A DNA stretch of 64,000 nucleotides from Felis catus (lineage: Eukaryota), in contig NC_058368.1 of the NCBI RefSeq assembly GCF_018350175.1, forward strand, positions 181,290,001 through 181,354,000, written 5' to 3'. Position numbers and translations under genes: made by a program. Shown piece after piece: positions 50,671 to 63,449 of this stretch (position 1 is the stretch's first letter; each line of letters opens with the position of its first letter). The notes under the pieces are model-generated. The model saw only the letters and a program-made list of their open reading frames with translations. It did not search any database and had not been told where the DNA came from.

Positions 50671-52944
50671 AGGGATTGATAGGTGTCCTTCTGTTACCTT
50701 CAACTTGAAACACCCAACTGACAGACTTATCAGGAAGCTCTTCTAAATTTGTAATTATAGTTAATTAAAATTAAGGGCAAGGCAAAGGGGCTGAGGCATC
50801 AATTAAGATACTAACACTACATTTTCTTATAGATTTGCTTTGAAATTTGGAGATCAATTTAGCAGTCGGTGAAAACAGTGACTACAAGAGAAGCAAAACA
50901 AAACAAACAAAAAAAAAAACAAAAAAAACCCCACTATGCTTCATGATCAAATGACAATGCTGCTTGAGAAATAAAAGGGATCCGTTACATGTGACAAATT
51001 TCTATAGCATACTTAAAGAAAAATATCGTGGTTTTCTGCATAGATCTGGTTAGGAGTAGGGATGTTAGTACTCAGTTTTATTGTACTACTCTATATGATC
51101 TCAGTAATCATTAAAACAAAAACAGCAGGAGAATAATTCTCATACAAGAGTAGAATCGAGGCGACTTCACAGTTGTACATGTTTTGGTAATCCTGCAATA
51201 AATTTGGCCTAATGTGGTGTTGTGCCAGTATTTGCATTGCCAACCACTGTCATCAGAAGCTTTTTAGAGGCATCTGACAGTCCGTTTATCTTGCAAATCG
51301 TTGCGGAAAAAAAAAGTAACGTTATAGTTTAAGTTGCTTAAAAACTACTTGCAATTAGGAGCCCCAAATGTATGTAAATCAAAACAACCCCAGCAATGTT
51401 TTCAGGATTGCTGTAAATGCAATACATGGATGAGAATTTACAGTGTTCCATAACCAGGGAAATTGTGATACCAGATTGCATTTACTTTTATCTTACCCAA
51501 AGTAACATTATCTTCTGCAACCATAAAGAAACTGCGCTATCATATAAATCTATTTAAAGGAACTGGCACCGTTACAATAAAGACATCCATACACTGTGGT
51601 TTATTCTCCGAAAACTACCCAAATGCTAGTGTCTAACAACAGACTTTGGATTTCTTCTTGAATTGCCACTAAGCGCCCCCTCACGCTTACACACATATCT
51701 CTCAAACTATGTCAAAAGCAGGAACAAATTTCCTAACCCAAACTGAAAAGTCCTTGGCTCTCCAAATGACTATAAATTGCATGGCTAAGTGCATATGGCC
51801 ACAGGGCTGTCACAGTTACTTCTCCTGACAATTCATCATAGCATACTAATTCTATAATATCATTACAGCGTCTCTTCTCACTGTACTGATCCAGCCAGTT
51901 AATTTAATCAACTAATAATAGATTCAGAAATGGATGCAAGGGGCCCTAGCACTTCAAATTATATTACTAGAGATGTACCTCGGTAAGGAGGATACATTCC
52001 TTGCCATTCAACATAACCTCCAGAAGTTAGGTTGGCCTAATAAGGTAGGTGAGGTTACCTGTGAATATTTCAGTTGGAAAATTAGAACGATGTAACTTTC
52101 TTTCAAAATCAATACATTTTTGTGATTGAAATATATTAACCAAGTCAACAGGAGAAAAACAAAACTCTTTGTAAGTGCAGAGTTTATATGGGGTATTAAT
52201 AAGACATATGAAACTCGAAGTTTTTTGGTATAAGTAGGAGAAATCAGAGTTCTATGATTAACTGCAAAATGAACCATTCAAGGATGGACAATTAATTTTA
52301 TTAAATTTTAATCTTCTCTGAAAATGTCAATGATAATTAGAAAACATTATTCTTTAACATCACAGTCCATCTTGCATGTCATGAAGAGTAATAACTTAAT
52401 TTATTATGAAGAAAAATAGCCTGAAAATGCTAGAAAACATAGAACAGGTAAAATAAATGTCACAAATATCCATATATAACTTATTCAAGTATACAGTAAA
52501 AGCTGTAGTATTTTTGTAGAACACTATTTGAAGGAATAATAGGACTTCCCTTTAACACCTTTGTATGACAAAAGAAGTTGCCTATCTATCCTACAGTTAG
52601 ACAGTGATTGACAGAAAAGTTCGAGTGTGGTAGGTCTGTCAGCCAACTTTCCATCTAGATTTGCTTTGAAATTAACATGTGGATTAATTAAATGCTACTC
52701 ACTTGTCTTGGTGACATTTTTTACCTGTAAAGACATGTAAGGAAGGAGAACCTGCTGTCAAAGAAACTTTTATAACCAGAGAGTGAGGAAGTCACCACCC
52801 ACTTGAAGGAAACTTATAATATGTTGTCCCTTTAAAACATTAACTGATGTTTTATCAAGGTGATATCTCCCATGTAGGTTATGAATATTGGAATAGATCT
52901 GATCCTTCCACTGATTTTTCCACTAACAGAAAGGATAACTCTTG

Positions 52945-53157
52945 TTTAAAAGAAATGCTTATTTGTTTATTTTGAAAGAGAGAGAGAGAGAATGAGAATC
53001 AGTTAGGGAGGGACAGAGAGAGAGGAAGAGAGAGAGAATGGCAAGCAGGCTCTACGTTCAGCCCAACATGGGGCTTGACTCCAAGAACGCTGAGATCATG
53101 ACCTGAGCCGAAATCAAGAGCTGGACGCTTAACCAACTGAACCACCCAGGCGCCCCT
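52945..53157 (-). mobile_element. Can-SINE
   Basis: Reverse SINEC ending ccacccaggcgcccct; perfect 16-bp TSD gaaaggataactcttg at 52929-52944 and 53158-53173. Confidence 0.96.
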
Positions 53158-55621
53158 GAAAGGATAACTCTTGCTTCTCAGTATGGAGCAAGGTTCTCAC
53201 AGGGCCTGAGATGAAATAACATACACCAGAAGCATAAGTGCTGGGAATGGACGTAGGATGGATTAAATTTTGTCTGCACCTCTTATTTTGTATTTCAATT
53301 TTTAATAATTTAAATTCAAGAGACTGCATATAAAAATCTGTATGTCTGTCTTTTATGGCAAAGTCAAGTGGGACACTCACTCACCAGTTAACTAGGATCT
53401 CTAGCACTTCCAAATGGTTCCATAAATCAGTGGTTGAGTGTTTACCACTTTTCACCTCATATAAAAACATCTTTATCCATTTGTCACCTACATTATCTAC
53501 AGATCTGCAAGCTATTAAAATTTCCAAATTCTCCTTAAGCCAATCAAACTTTTATAACTTGATTCTTCTAATGCAAGAATGTTTATAACACATGTATTTA
53601 TTGTAAGATTGTTACTTCTCTCTTAAAAGATCCTTTTTAGATTTTCTAACTGTGATGATAATTTTACAAGATAGACTCAAGTATGCAGAGATATTGACCT
53701 TAAAACTCCATGTGGAATTGCTTTTATCAGTATCAGAAAATTTATAGCAATATGTATTTCTACAGAAAGTCAGTACCTACCTTCTATGAATCTTTCCTCT
53801 TTGTTAAAAAAAAATTGAGAAAACTGCCATCATGATAATGCTTCTGTATTGCTATTTTGAGAAACAAGTGTAAATTCAGTAAAATGTCCACCCAATGTCA
53901 CCCTCTGCTAAATGTGATTCAAATCATGTTTGCCTAGCCTAAATGCGAGGCATCTCCATGAGCACTGATATAACAAAACAAATAATTTTCCTTTCATCAA
54001 TATACAACAGCTTTGTTCATTATTGAGAAACGTTAGGTGGTAAAGTATTGAGTGCTATGCATTTTATGCTTAAATCAATGTACTGTCTTGCAGTTATGCC
54101 ACCTAATGTGTTTTTAAGTCATCCGCTACAGAGATCAATGTGATTCTTATTTGATATTCAGTGTTAAGTTCAGCCTCATAAATTTAGAATTGCACTCTGT
54201 TATTTTGATGGTTATATATTAACCACGTACTGAAAGTTTTATGATTTTATACTCAGCCTGGCTGTAAATCATACCGGTTCCATACGTGAAGCATAGGGTC
54301 TGGCTTGATTTTTATTGCTCTGCTCAGAAGGAAATGGATGGATGGCTGGATATTTGAGGGAGGTAAACCTACAATGTGTTTGGGTAAATACCTGAGGTCT
54401 GCGAGCATTAAAGGCATGGCTCAGAAAATTTGAATTAGACAACTCATTGCAACCGGCCTCATAGGCATGGATAATAATGCAATAGCAAGGTGTCAAAATT
54501 GGCAATCTTTTATATTAGTACCATCACTAGGAGGGGCCTTGACCTCTTATAAGTTCATAGGGCTCACTCTGTGGTGAGTGAATCTGACAAACATGGCTCC
54601 ACCTGCATAAATGTAAAGGGAATGACCTCACAAGGAGAGACAGAGTTGTATCATACTGTTAATCTGACAACTATACATTATTTTAGGGCTTGAAAAATAA
54701 GAACAGATATGAACATTACTTCCTTTAAACAATAAAATGGGTTGTAACAGTGGAATAAATTTATGCTGTCATACAGCCACTTCTTATTTATGTAGAATTG
54801 AATCAATAATGATCATCAAAACCAGTAAAATAATAAAAAAAAATCCCACAGTAAAAGCTTTAAAAAAACATGCCAAAATGGTGCAAAACTCAATGTAATA
54901 ATAAAAACCTTCTTTCATATAAACAATATTCCTCGGCTACAGTATAGATATTAGTCCAGTGTAGATTTTTAGTCATTAAATTCTATTGCAGGTTGTGAAC
55001 ATTTGGCAGGACTTCAAACACTCAGGCTCTCTGAAGATGCTTATTTAGTCCCTTTACTGTATTTTTGTCATAAACTGAAGTCACTTTTTTTCTTTTGATG
55101 GCATATTTTCAGACTCTGCACTCATTTTCCTAAGTTAAACATGCAACATCTTAAAGTATGACTAAACTGACAGACATGACAAAACATTTCAGAGGGAATT
55201 ATGCTAGGCTGGGCCAAAAGTTTGATCAACCTTGATTTAGCAGCATTTAGCAGAAAAGTAATGGTCATTTTTTTTCCCAAACCATTGGGGAGTACAAATT
55301 GACTGACCTTTCTATTTCCCCTGGAATGGTATTTCCTTGATTTCTGATTCAAGGGAGAAACATAGTTAAAAGGTATTTCATTATTTTTTTCATTGCTTCC
55401 AAAATTGATAAGAGACCATCTCATTATGACAAAAAAGTCTGACCTTACATACAAACCTAGGTGGTAACAAGTCACCCAGCAGTCACTTTTCTTACTGAAA
55501 GGCCATCTGTGAAACTTTGTGGGGCTTTCAGAAATCTTTCAAATAGTTTTGAAAGAAGAAAAATAAAAAACATGTTTCATTTGCAAAGTTTTGCATTTCG
55601 TTCACAGAACTGACACTGTGT

Positions 55622-55811
55622 CACTGGTTCTCCAACTAGAGTGAGCATCAGAATCACTTGAAGAATTTATTGACACATGGATTACTACCCACTCTCCCCA
55701 TCACCAACCCCAGTTTCTAATTCAGGAGGTCTAGGATAGACGCATCTTTCACAAGTGCCCTGGTGATAGACTTGAGCTCCTGGCCTGTGGATCACACTTT
55801 GAGAACCACTA
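55622..55811. mobile_element. MER5A-like hAT-Charlie MITE
   Basis: TIRs cactggttctcca and ttgagaaccacta; internal gcatcagaatcacttg and tttctaattcaggaggtct. Confidence 0.82.
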
Positions 55812-56147
55812 CTACAAACACTTCTCAATAACTCCAACTCCTCTCCCTCTGTGAGACTCCTTTGCAAAACAAAATTTGGTCAGGATGTAAAAGCTTTGGA
55901 AATTATAAAAGCTTACTGATCTGGAGAGACTCAGGTCACCTGCTAGTGCAAAATAAAGTTTCGATATAGCTTCTAGGAGAACATTCAAGTCCCATTACAC
56001 TCAAAATCATAGAGATTTATGTATAAATCAAATACCCACAAAACATTTCTTGGTCAACCTTCTGATAATACTTTTTAATGAAAATACTCACATTTAGGAG
56101 TGAAATCCTTTTCTGGTATTTACATTTCTATATTTTGTCCTTTTCCA

Positions 56148-56187
56148 CATATATATACATATATACACATATATATGTATATACATA

Positions 56188-56227
<40 letters not shown>
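56148..56227. repeat. (TA)n-rich simple repeat
   Basis: Direct reading of the sequence. Confidence 0.93.
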
Positions 56228-56230
<3 letters not shown>

Positions 56231-56537
56231 TAATCAATAGTAATTTGGTCAAAACAGACGTATTTAAATATGAACATATTATAGATGTGTAGATATTGTA
56301 AACAGACCACCTAATAATCAAGCTATAAAAAGTTAATTCCTCATGTTTTCAGGTGCATTTGACACATTGAGGATTATTCTTGCTAAATTGTTTGAGTTCT
56401 GACATAATTTAGTAGACTGATAGAGTGAGTCATTAATGTCTTCTAGATTATTTTATAATTTGGACTCTTCAAATCTCCTTGAACTCCATGGAGAAATCAT
56501 TCATTCTCTCTGTCTCTTTCTCCAGCCCCCCCACACA

Positions 56538-56540
<3 letters not shown>

Positions 56541-56586
<46 letters not shown>
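56541..56586. repeat. (AC)23 microsatellite
   Basis: Perfect dinucleotide run. Confidence 0.97.
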
Positions 56587-56589
<3 letters not shown>

Positions 56590-58038
56590 TGGGATAACAA
56601 ATATTATAGCTGTCTAAAACTAATAATTTAGATCATATTCTTGATCTTGCCTCCGAAACTGATATTCGTCTCTTCAGTTGAAGACTGAACATATTCCAGA
56701 AAGATTAGACTTCTATTTGTATTATATGATTAAAAGCTAAAGAAACATTTTCTCAAATACTGTGTATTTCTAGGGGCAAAGGAATTAATAATTGATATAC
56801 TAATTTTAAATCTACTTTCCTAGGTTATGAGAAATAGCCACATTTATATAAGTATATATTCATACATGTAAAAGTAAATATAATTTATGTTATAATTTTA
56901 CTTCAGTTTTGATGACTTACATCACCATGCTCTTCTACACTTTCTCAGCCTCAGAGAGTTCAAGTAGGTTGCCTAACATCACACAGTTAATCCCAGGGTG
57001 GTTCAGAATCCATTTTTTTCTAGAACACCCACTCTCATTCATTTCATGACACTACTTCTCTAAATTGACTGAATCTTCTCACGTAATATGTACTTTTAAA
57101 GAATTTTTCTGGGGAACACAATATTAAAACAAAGGAGCACCTAGCCAACTTTGGTTTTCAAACACTGGATCATTTGGATGCAGCTGGAGGTTCACAGCTG
57201 CAGTCTCCAGTCAATCATACACACACATTGCTGCCATTCTTTACAATACTAAATATGATGCACTAAAAATGTACGTTAAAATACCTAAAATTAAAAATTA
57301 ATGAGCCCTTTTGTTTAAGAACCCAGAAACATTCTAAATTCCTTTTGAGCCCATGGTCAACCTCTAACTTAAATAAGTAAGAATGACAGGAAAGTTGCAT
57401 TCCTCTCAGGGATTCTTTCTAGAATAATTTTAGGCCTGCTTTATGTATACCAAGGAGGCTGTCAGTTTATCTGATCTTCAAACACACTGTGAACTCTATG
57501 GGGAGAATCTTTGGCAAATCAGGGACTGTTCACTTAAAATGAATTTAATCCCCACCCCCACCTTTCAATACAAAAGCTGAATTCTCTATAATAGTTTACT
57601 TCTTATTTGGAAGCTTTTGCTAATTTTTATAACTGAGTTGGCAGAAAATGCAGATATGATAAAGACATTGCAAAGAAGAGTTGTATGTCTATACCACAGA
57701 ATGGAATAAATCAATTCATCGAGCATATGGCTTATTAGGCTTAAATAGCTCTTTTCCAAGATGATTCTGAGCACCATGTTTTGAAAGATAAGGTAGTGGG
57801 TTGTTGTTTTTGGATATTTGCCTTCATAAAGATAGGCCATCTGTCCCAACAAGTGAAAAGAGTCGAATGCTTTGATTGCTATTTTCCTAATCAACACCAA
57901 TTCTAATATATTTTACCACACTGATTAACCAGATCTGACATTGTATCTTGGAGATGTTTGCTAGTATCATCACTGAAAGAATTTCCTGCTGTCCACAAAT
58001 ATTTCTACATACTCCATGCTGAACATGTAGGAATTTTA

Positions 58039-58457
58039 CAGCTATAAAGAATGAAATCTTGCCACTTGCAACAACATGGATGGATCTAGAGGGTGTGATG
58101 CTAAGTCAAATAAGTCAGTCAGAGAAAGATAAATACCATATGATTTCACGCATGTGTAGAATTTAAGAAACAAAACAAATGAACAAAGAAAAAAAAAGAG
58201 ACGAACCAAACAACAGACTCTTAAGTATTAGAGAACAAACTGATGGTTTCTGAGAGGTGGGTGCAGGGTGGGTGAAATGGGTGAAGGAGATTAAGAGTAC
58301 AGGTGGGTGAAATGGGTGAAGGAGATTAAGAGTACACTTATGAGGAGCACAGAGTAATGTACTGAATTATTGAATCACTATATATTTTATACCTGAAACT
58401 AAAATAATATATGCTAATTATAATGGAATGAAAATAAAAATACATAATTAAAAAAAG
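58039..58457 (+). mobile_element. 5'-truncated carnivore-type L1 3' UTR
   Basis: aagaatgaaatcttgccacttgcaacaacatggatggatctagaggg...gtcagagaaagataaataccatatgatttcac...acctgaaactaa, then an A-rich tail; degenerate TSD around atgtag.aa.tt. Confidence 0.9.
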
Positions 58458-58481
58458 GGAAATGTAGAAAATTTATTTTCT

Positions 58482-58696
58482 TTAAATTTTTAAAAAATGT
58501 TTTATTTACTTTTAACACAGAGAGAGACAGAGCATGGGGATGGGGCAGAGAGAGAGGGAGACACAGAATCTGCAGCAGGGTCCAGGCTCTGAGCTGTCAG
58601 GACAGAGCCAGACGCAGGGCTTGAACTCATGAACCATGAGGTCATGACCTGAGCCGAAGTCGGATGCTCAACTGACTGAGCCACCTGGGTGCCCCT
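58482..58696 (-). mobile_element. Can-SINE (feliform type)
   Basis: Reverse SINEC; perfect 15-bp TSD gaaaatttattttct at 58467-58481 and 58697-58711. Confidence 0.96.
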
Positions 58697-60669
58697 GAAA
58701 ATTTATTTTCTAATGGAAGGGAGAGACCATGCTAAAGCAATGCTGTTATACTGTAATGAAAACATAGAATTTATACTTGGTTTAAGTGGGGGATGAAATT
58801 AATATTAATTACAAGGCTTGAACCCCCAAATTATTCTTTGATATTTTCCTTGTGACCTAATATTTTAATTTAAAAACACTAACCAAAGCAGAGGAATTTC
58901 AAAACCACAAGAAAATTCTACTATGAAATACCAACATCAGTGTTAGAGATTTCATCAAAGATCACTCCTACAACTATGTATTTTCCTTATCATCAATGTG
59001 CTAAAACAAACAAACAACAAAGAAATGGCATAAGCACATTTAATGCCACCAATATATTAAAATTTTACTTAAAAGTGTTTTCTCTATGTAAAGGAATTAT
59101 ATTCTCATTATTTATCAGAAAAACAGAACAACATGCAGAAATCATCCATTATCCTCTGTGTATGTGTAGCACAGTTAATATTTTTGAACTCATGCTTCTA
59201 GCCTGCTTTATACATAGGTTTATCTTATTTTTTTTGAAGCTGAATTGGTTCTATAATGTGCATGCCAATTTTTAGACTGCTTATTAACTTAACAATAGAT
59301 GGGTGAGTACTTGCCTATGTTATTAAAATTTCACAATTACTTTTAAAATTGGCCCTTCAGGACATGGAAGTTTCTAGTATTGTTTTTGTAACTTCTGTAA
59401 GTTTATCCACTTTTTTCTGCCTAAATCTTTCCATCTTATTTTCTTGAGCACTAAAAGCTAAAAGTTCCATCTTTTTTTTACCCCAATCAATAGTTACTCC
59501 TTGTAAAAAGAAAAAAAAAATAAAAAAATAGGAGTGGTTTAATTACTTATTCCCTAATTATTTTCAAATGACATGTCTGAGGTCCTTCCTAGGTAGGTAG
59601 ATATGAGTTCATTTTTTTTAATATTTCCCAAAAGACTTGTGAGTAAAGTTGTCTTTCAAGCTCTATGCAATGAAATTACTTCATTATATTAAGTGATAGC
59701 ACACTCTATGAAATAATTACATATATGTTTTTTTTTAATCATATATGAATTAGATTTTTGGAAAAACACATGGAAACCATGCCTAAAATACTATTTCTTG
59801 GCAGATACCTGGCCCAAAAGTAAGTACTTTAGCACATCTCTAACACACTCAATAAGCTTGCTATTATTAACTAAAGACTGCATTTCAAGTACATTATGGC
59901 ATCACTTGAAGTAATAGCAACTGAAATGTACCTACTTAATGGAATCGATCTTTCATAAAGACTGCAGTAAAGTATTATCAGAAGTCACTTATTGAACTTT
60001 ATTCTCAATGATATAATAAAAAGTAGCATGTCAGGAATAAAAATGTCATTTGTCACCTGAATCTCTGGCACCTCAGAAATGTTATCAAGAAGTAGGGGTA
60101 TTCCTTGAGAAATACAATGAAAGTAAGGATTACTCATCTACTAAAGCTTCTCGCCAAAAGATTCCGAGTTCATTCAATACTCAGACTCAAACACTGAAGT
60201 AAGTCACACATATACATACAGATTATTCTTGAGAAAGAGCGATATTTATTGCATTTCTTTTTCCAAGCACATTCCTTAACAACTCCGGTTCCAAGATTCC
60301 CCTGGATTTGGGGAATTGAAACAATTCTAGAGATTATACTTTCATGGAGACTAATTTATTTTCTCTATGGTGTTTCTCCAGTTTTTCTCCCATATGTTTG
60401 GTTTTCATGATAAATTTGTTAGATTTGATTCTTTGAGTATTGCAAAGAGATCACAATTGACCATAATGGAAATAAAGGGATTCAATGGAGTTTAGATCTT
60501 TTCCCAGAAAAAGAATGAGGGTTTGATGAAGTCTGATTCTTTGAATGAATTATTGAATACCAAAGTGATCAGAATGCAAGCACTAACAACTCTTCTCACT
60601 TATAGTACCTCAGTATTAAACGGGAATGGGTTTTCTCTCCAGGAGGAAGGTCCAGTTAAGTAAAAGTCA

Positions 60670-61028
60670 AAAATAAATGCCCCTTGGGCCAATTTCTGGC
60701 AATTTGTGCTTTTTGTTTGTCCTACAAGGGATTTTCTTTCATAAATTTAATTAATCCAAATATTAAAAGACTTTATGACTTTAAAACATATGTTAATTTC
60801 TGTCCTTTTTTGAAAACCACAAGATCTGGAAAAATCAGATGCTAAGGTCAAAGTGGCAACAATCAACCAGAGGAAGGCATGTCTCCTTTACCTGGTATAT
60901 ATGTTTCAGCTCTTTACTGTTCCCATCACCTGCAGAACACATGAAGCAAATGTATCTATAACCACCACACATTCAGTCATTTATATTATCTGCCCGGTTC
61001 CTATAAGCATTTGAATTTGAGACTACTG
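60670..61028. mobile_element. MER102-like hAT-Charlie fossil
   Basis: End cattcagtcatttatattatctgcccggttcctataagcatttgaatttgagactactg resembles the MER102 terminus; start approximate. Confidence 0.6.
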
Positions 61029-61499
61029 TTTTTAAGTACCCTATATCTCTACAAACCAGTCACCACCAGCCATCACTGCAAGAGTGATATTCCAACACAA
61101 AGACAATAGTCCTGGAAAAGAAGATGAACTTGAATGTCCCAGAAGCAAGGGCAAAGCAAGTGATATATTTCAAATGTGTATAGAATTAACCTACCCTCAT
61201 TTCTTTTGTTTGCTTATTTGCATTCAATGTTTTCTCAAATGAATTGCTGGTGTGTATTTTTCTTGAATGTTTAATTAATACTGTAAACAAACACCTTATT
61301 TTTTTTATTAAATTATTAATCAACAATTACATTTATCTGGCATCAGGAAATCCTATATTCTGTCCACTGTCAAATGTCCATGTGGCTCAGTGGCCTGGCA
61401 GTTAAAGTGGCAATACCAAGACATATGCACAAGATAAAATAAAAACTTAAAGTAGGTAGGTACCTTCAAACCTACAGGAAGTCATTCCCCAGGGAGGCA

Positions 61500-61720
61500 G
61501 TAGGAAGCAAAAAATGTAACGAAGAACCAGAAGTCGTAAGTGTCTAGATTCTAATGTTGCTTATGTAATTACTAAGTGTGTGATCGTAGATAAGACAGCC
61601 TTCTTGGATGGCAGTCAGTTTCCTCATTTGTAAAATACTTTTCACTTCCAGTTTTATGAGGAAAAAACTGTGCTCATTATAATCTAAGACATTTTGTGAA
61701 CTATAAATCAAGAAATAATA
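61500..61720 (+). mobile_element. MIR fragment
   Basis: ctagattctaatgttg...actaagtgtgtgatc...tcagtttcctcatttgtaaaat. Confidence 0.6.
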
Positions 61721-62769
61721 TTGATGGTAATAGTCTTAAAAATCCAACTGATAAAGCAAGGATGGTGGTTTCCTGCTGATATTCATTTTCTTTTTATATT
61801 TCAAGGATTTGACCAGGCCCTGAAATATTCAATCTATTGTACTTCAGCATATGCAGCTAAGCATGCAATTGCAAAAAATAATTGAGCTCTTTAAGTCCAT
61901 CGATAATACTTAATTCTATGAATATTCATGTGGAGAATAATGAAATTTCCACAGGCTGCCTAATGTCAGTCTGTAAAGAAGGAGAAGCTGATTTTGATTT
62001 GGAAACTAAAGCAAACCCATCATTAAACATCCTGGATGAGAACTGACAAGGTGAATTGCTATACACTCTAAGCAAACTTTACAAGTAAGTTTAATTAAAC
62101 AAAAGTCTATTCGTTTTCTGCAACCTCATTTAGAAGCATTTATTTAGGCGCAGCATTTCTACTTAGAGACTTGGCAAGCCACTATCTTTGACTCAATTAC
62201 TAAAGAAACTCTAGGCACACTCCCAGACTTCTTTAAAGGGTCCCATTTGTATCCTGTGTATTCTTCTCTGGCTGAAATTAAAATGAGAGTTTTAACAGCA
62301 CATGACAACCAACACTTTAGGTCTAAAGATGTAAAAAGGCTTAGTTCTTGGTTATCTGAAATCCTGGATTACCTAGCAAATCAATTACTTTATCTTTGCC
62401 TCAACAGATAATGTTATGAAATGGGAAGACCCAAGCCAGTTTCTCTTTTGGGCTGGTTGCTGGCATCGATCTGGTTTTTGTGAATTGCACTCCATCTAAG
62501 GCCAAGGTTTGTGAGGTTTACTTCCTGGAATTACAGGGTGAGGCTGAGTTAGGAAAAGAGAAGCAGAAAACAATTCTCGTGGAGCTTTGCTGAGTCCTTT
62601 GCAGAGCACACTGTCAATAACAGATGTCTGTGAAGCCTTCACTTGCTTGATTTTAAATAGAGTGTAATAGCCTGGTATTACTCAGATTACTTTTATAAAA
62701 AACATACAAGAGCTCCATGGGAAGGCTCATGTTGTGTGACTACCGATTCAAGAAACGGAAAGCTGCTCA

Positions 62770-62970
62770 ATGGTTATATCATTTAATCCTCACATGAAGC
62801 CAAGGGGGGCAGGGTGAGTGGCGTGTGGCAAAGAATGTCTATTTGTAGAAACTGAGGAAGAGAAGGATCACATAGGCAATACAACTTGACCAGGAACCCA
62901 GAGCTAGTCAGCAGCAGAATGGGGGTTTGAGCCCAGGGGTAGGTAACCCAGTGTGCTCTTGACACTGTAT
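62770..62970 (-). mobile_element. MIR
   Basis: tcatttaatcctcaca...gaaactgagg...aacttgaccaggaacccagagctagtcagcagcagaatgggggtttgagcccagg. Confidence 0.72.
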
Positions 62971-63019
62971 CATTTAGAGATCACGCATGAAGCCAAGGGT
63001 CAAAAATCACAGGAGCAGT

Positions 63020-63449
63020 CAGACTGGAAACAACTCAAATGTTGGGCAACTGGCAAATGGATAAATAATAGTACTTGTCAATAATAAGGAATGAAACACT
63101 GATATATTCTGTAACATGCATAAACTTTGAAAATATTATACTAAGTGAAGGAAGCTAGTCACAAGCACTGCAGATTGCACAATTCCATTCATATGCAATG
63201 TCCAGACTAGGCCAATCCATATAGACAAAGTAGGTTGCAAATGGCTTGGGGTTCTGGCGGTGGGGTGGGGAGGTTGTGGAAGCCACTGTTAATGGTACTG
63301 GGTTTCTTTTGGGGACGTGATAAAAGGGTTCTAAAATTGTGCTGTTGCACAACTCTGTATATCCTAGAAGCCACTGAATGACATACTTTAAATGAGTAAA
63401 TTGTATGCTATGTGAATTATATTTCCATAATGCTGTTACAAAAAAAAAA
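63020..63449 (+). mobile_element. Old L1 3' end (L1MB7/8-like)
   Basis: actggaaacaactcaaatgt...ttgaaaatattatactaagtgaaggaagctagtcaca...gtttcttttggggacgtgataaaa...tgtgaattatatttccataatgctgtt, then an A tail. Confidence 0.85.

Noticed and set aside
50659..50697. Hairpin gtaacagaagg...ccttctgttac as a possible pre-miRNA
   Set aside because: An 11-bp stem is too short, and it lies at the edge of an L2 relic
872..58684. Recurrent ORFs with MAQSV..TSAQVMIS..SSSP..GSVLTA motifs that look like a protein family
   Set aside because: They are translations of Can-SINE copies, not genes
60077..60198. Plus-strand open stretch (KCYQEVGVFLEKYNESK...) ending at GTAAGT
   Set aside because: Poor polypyrimidine tract, weak exonic donor bases and an unrecognised peptide
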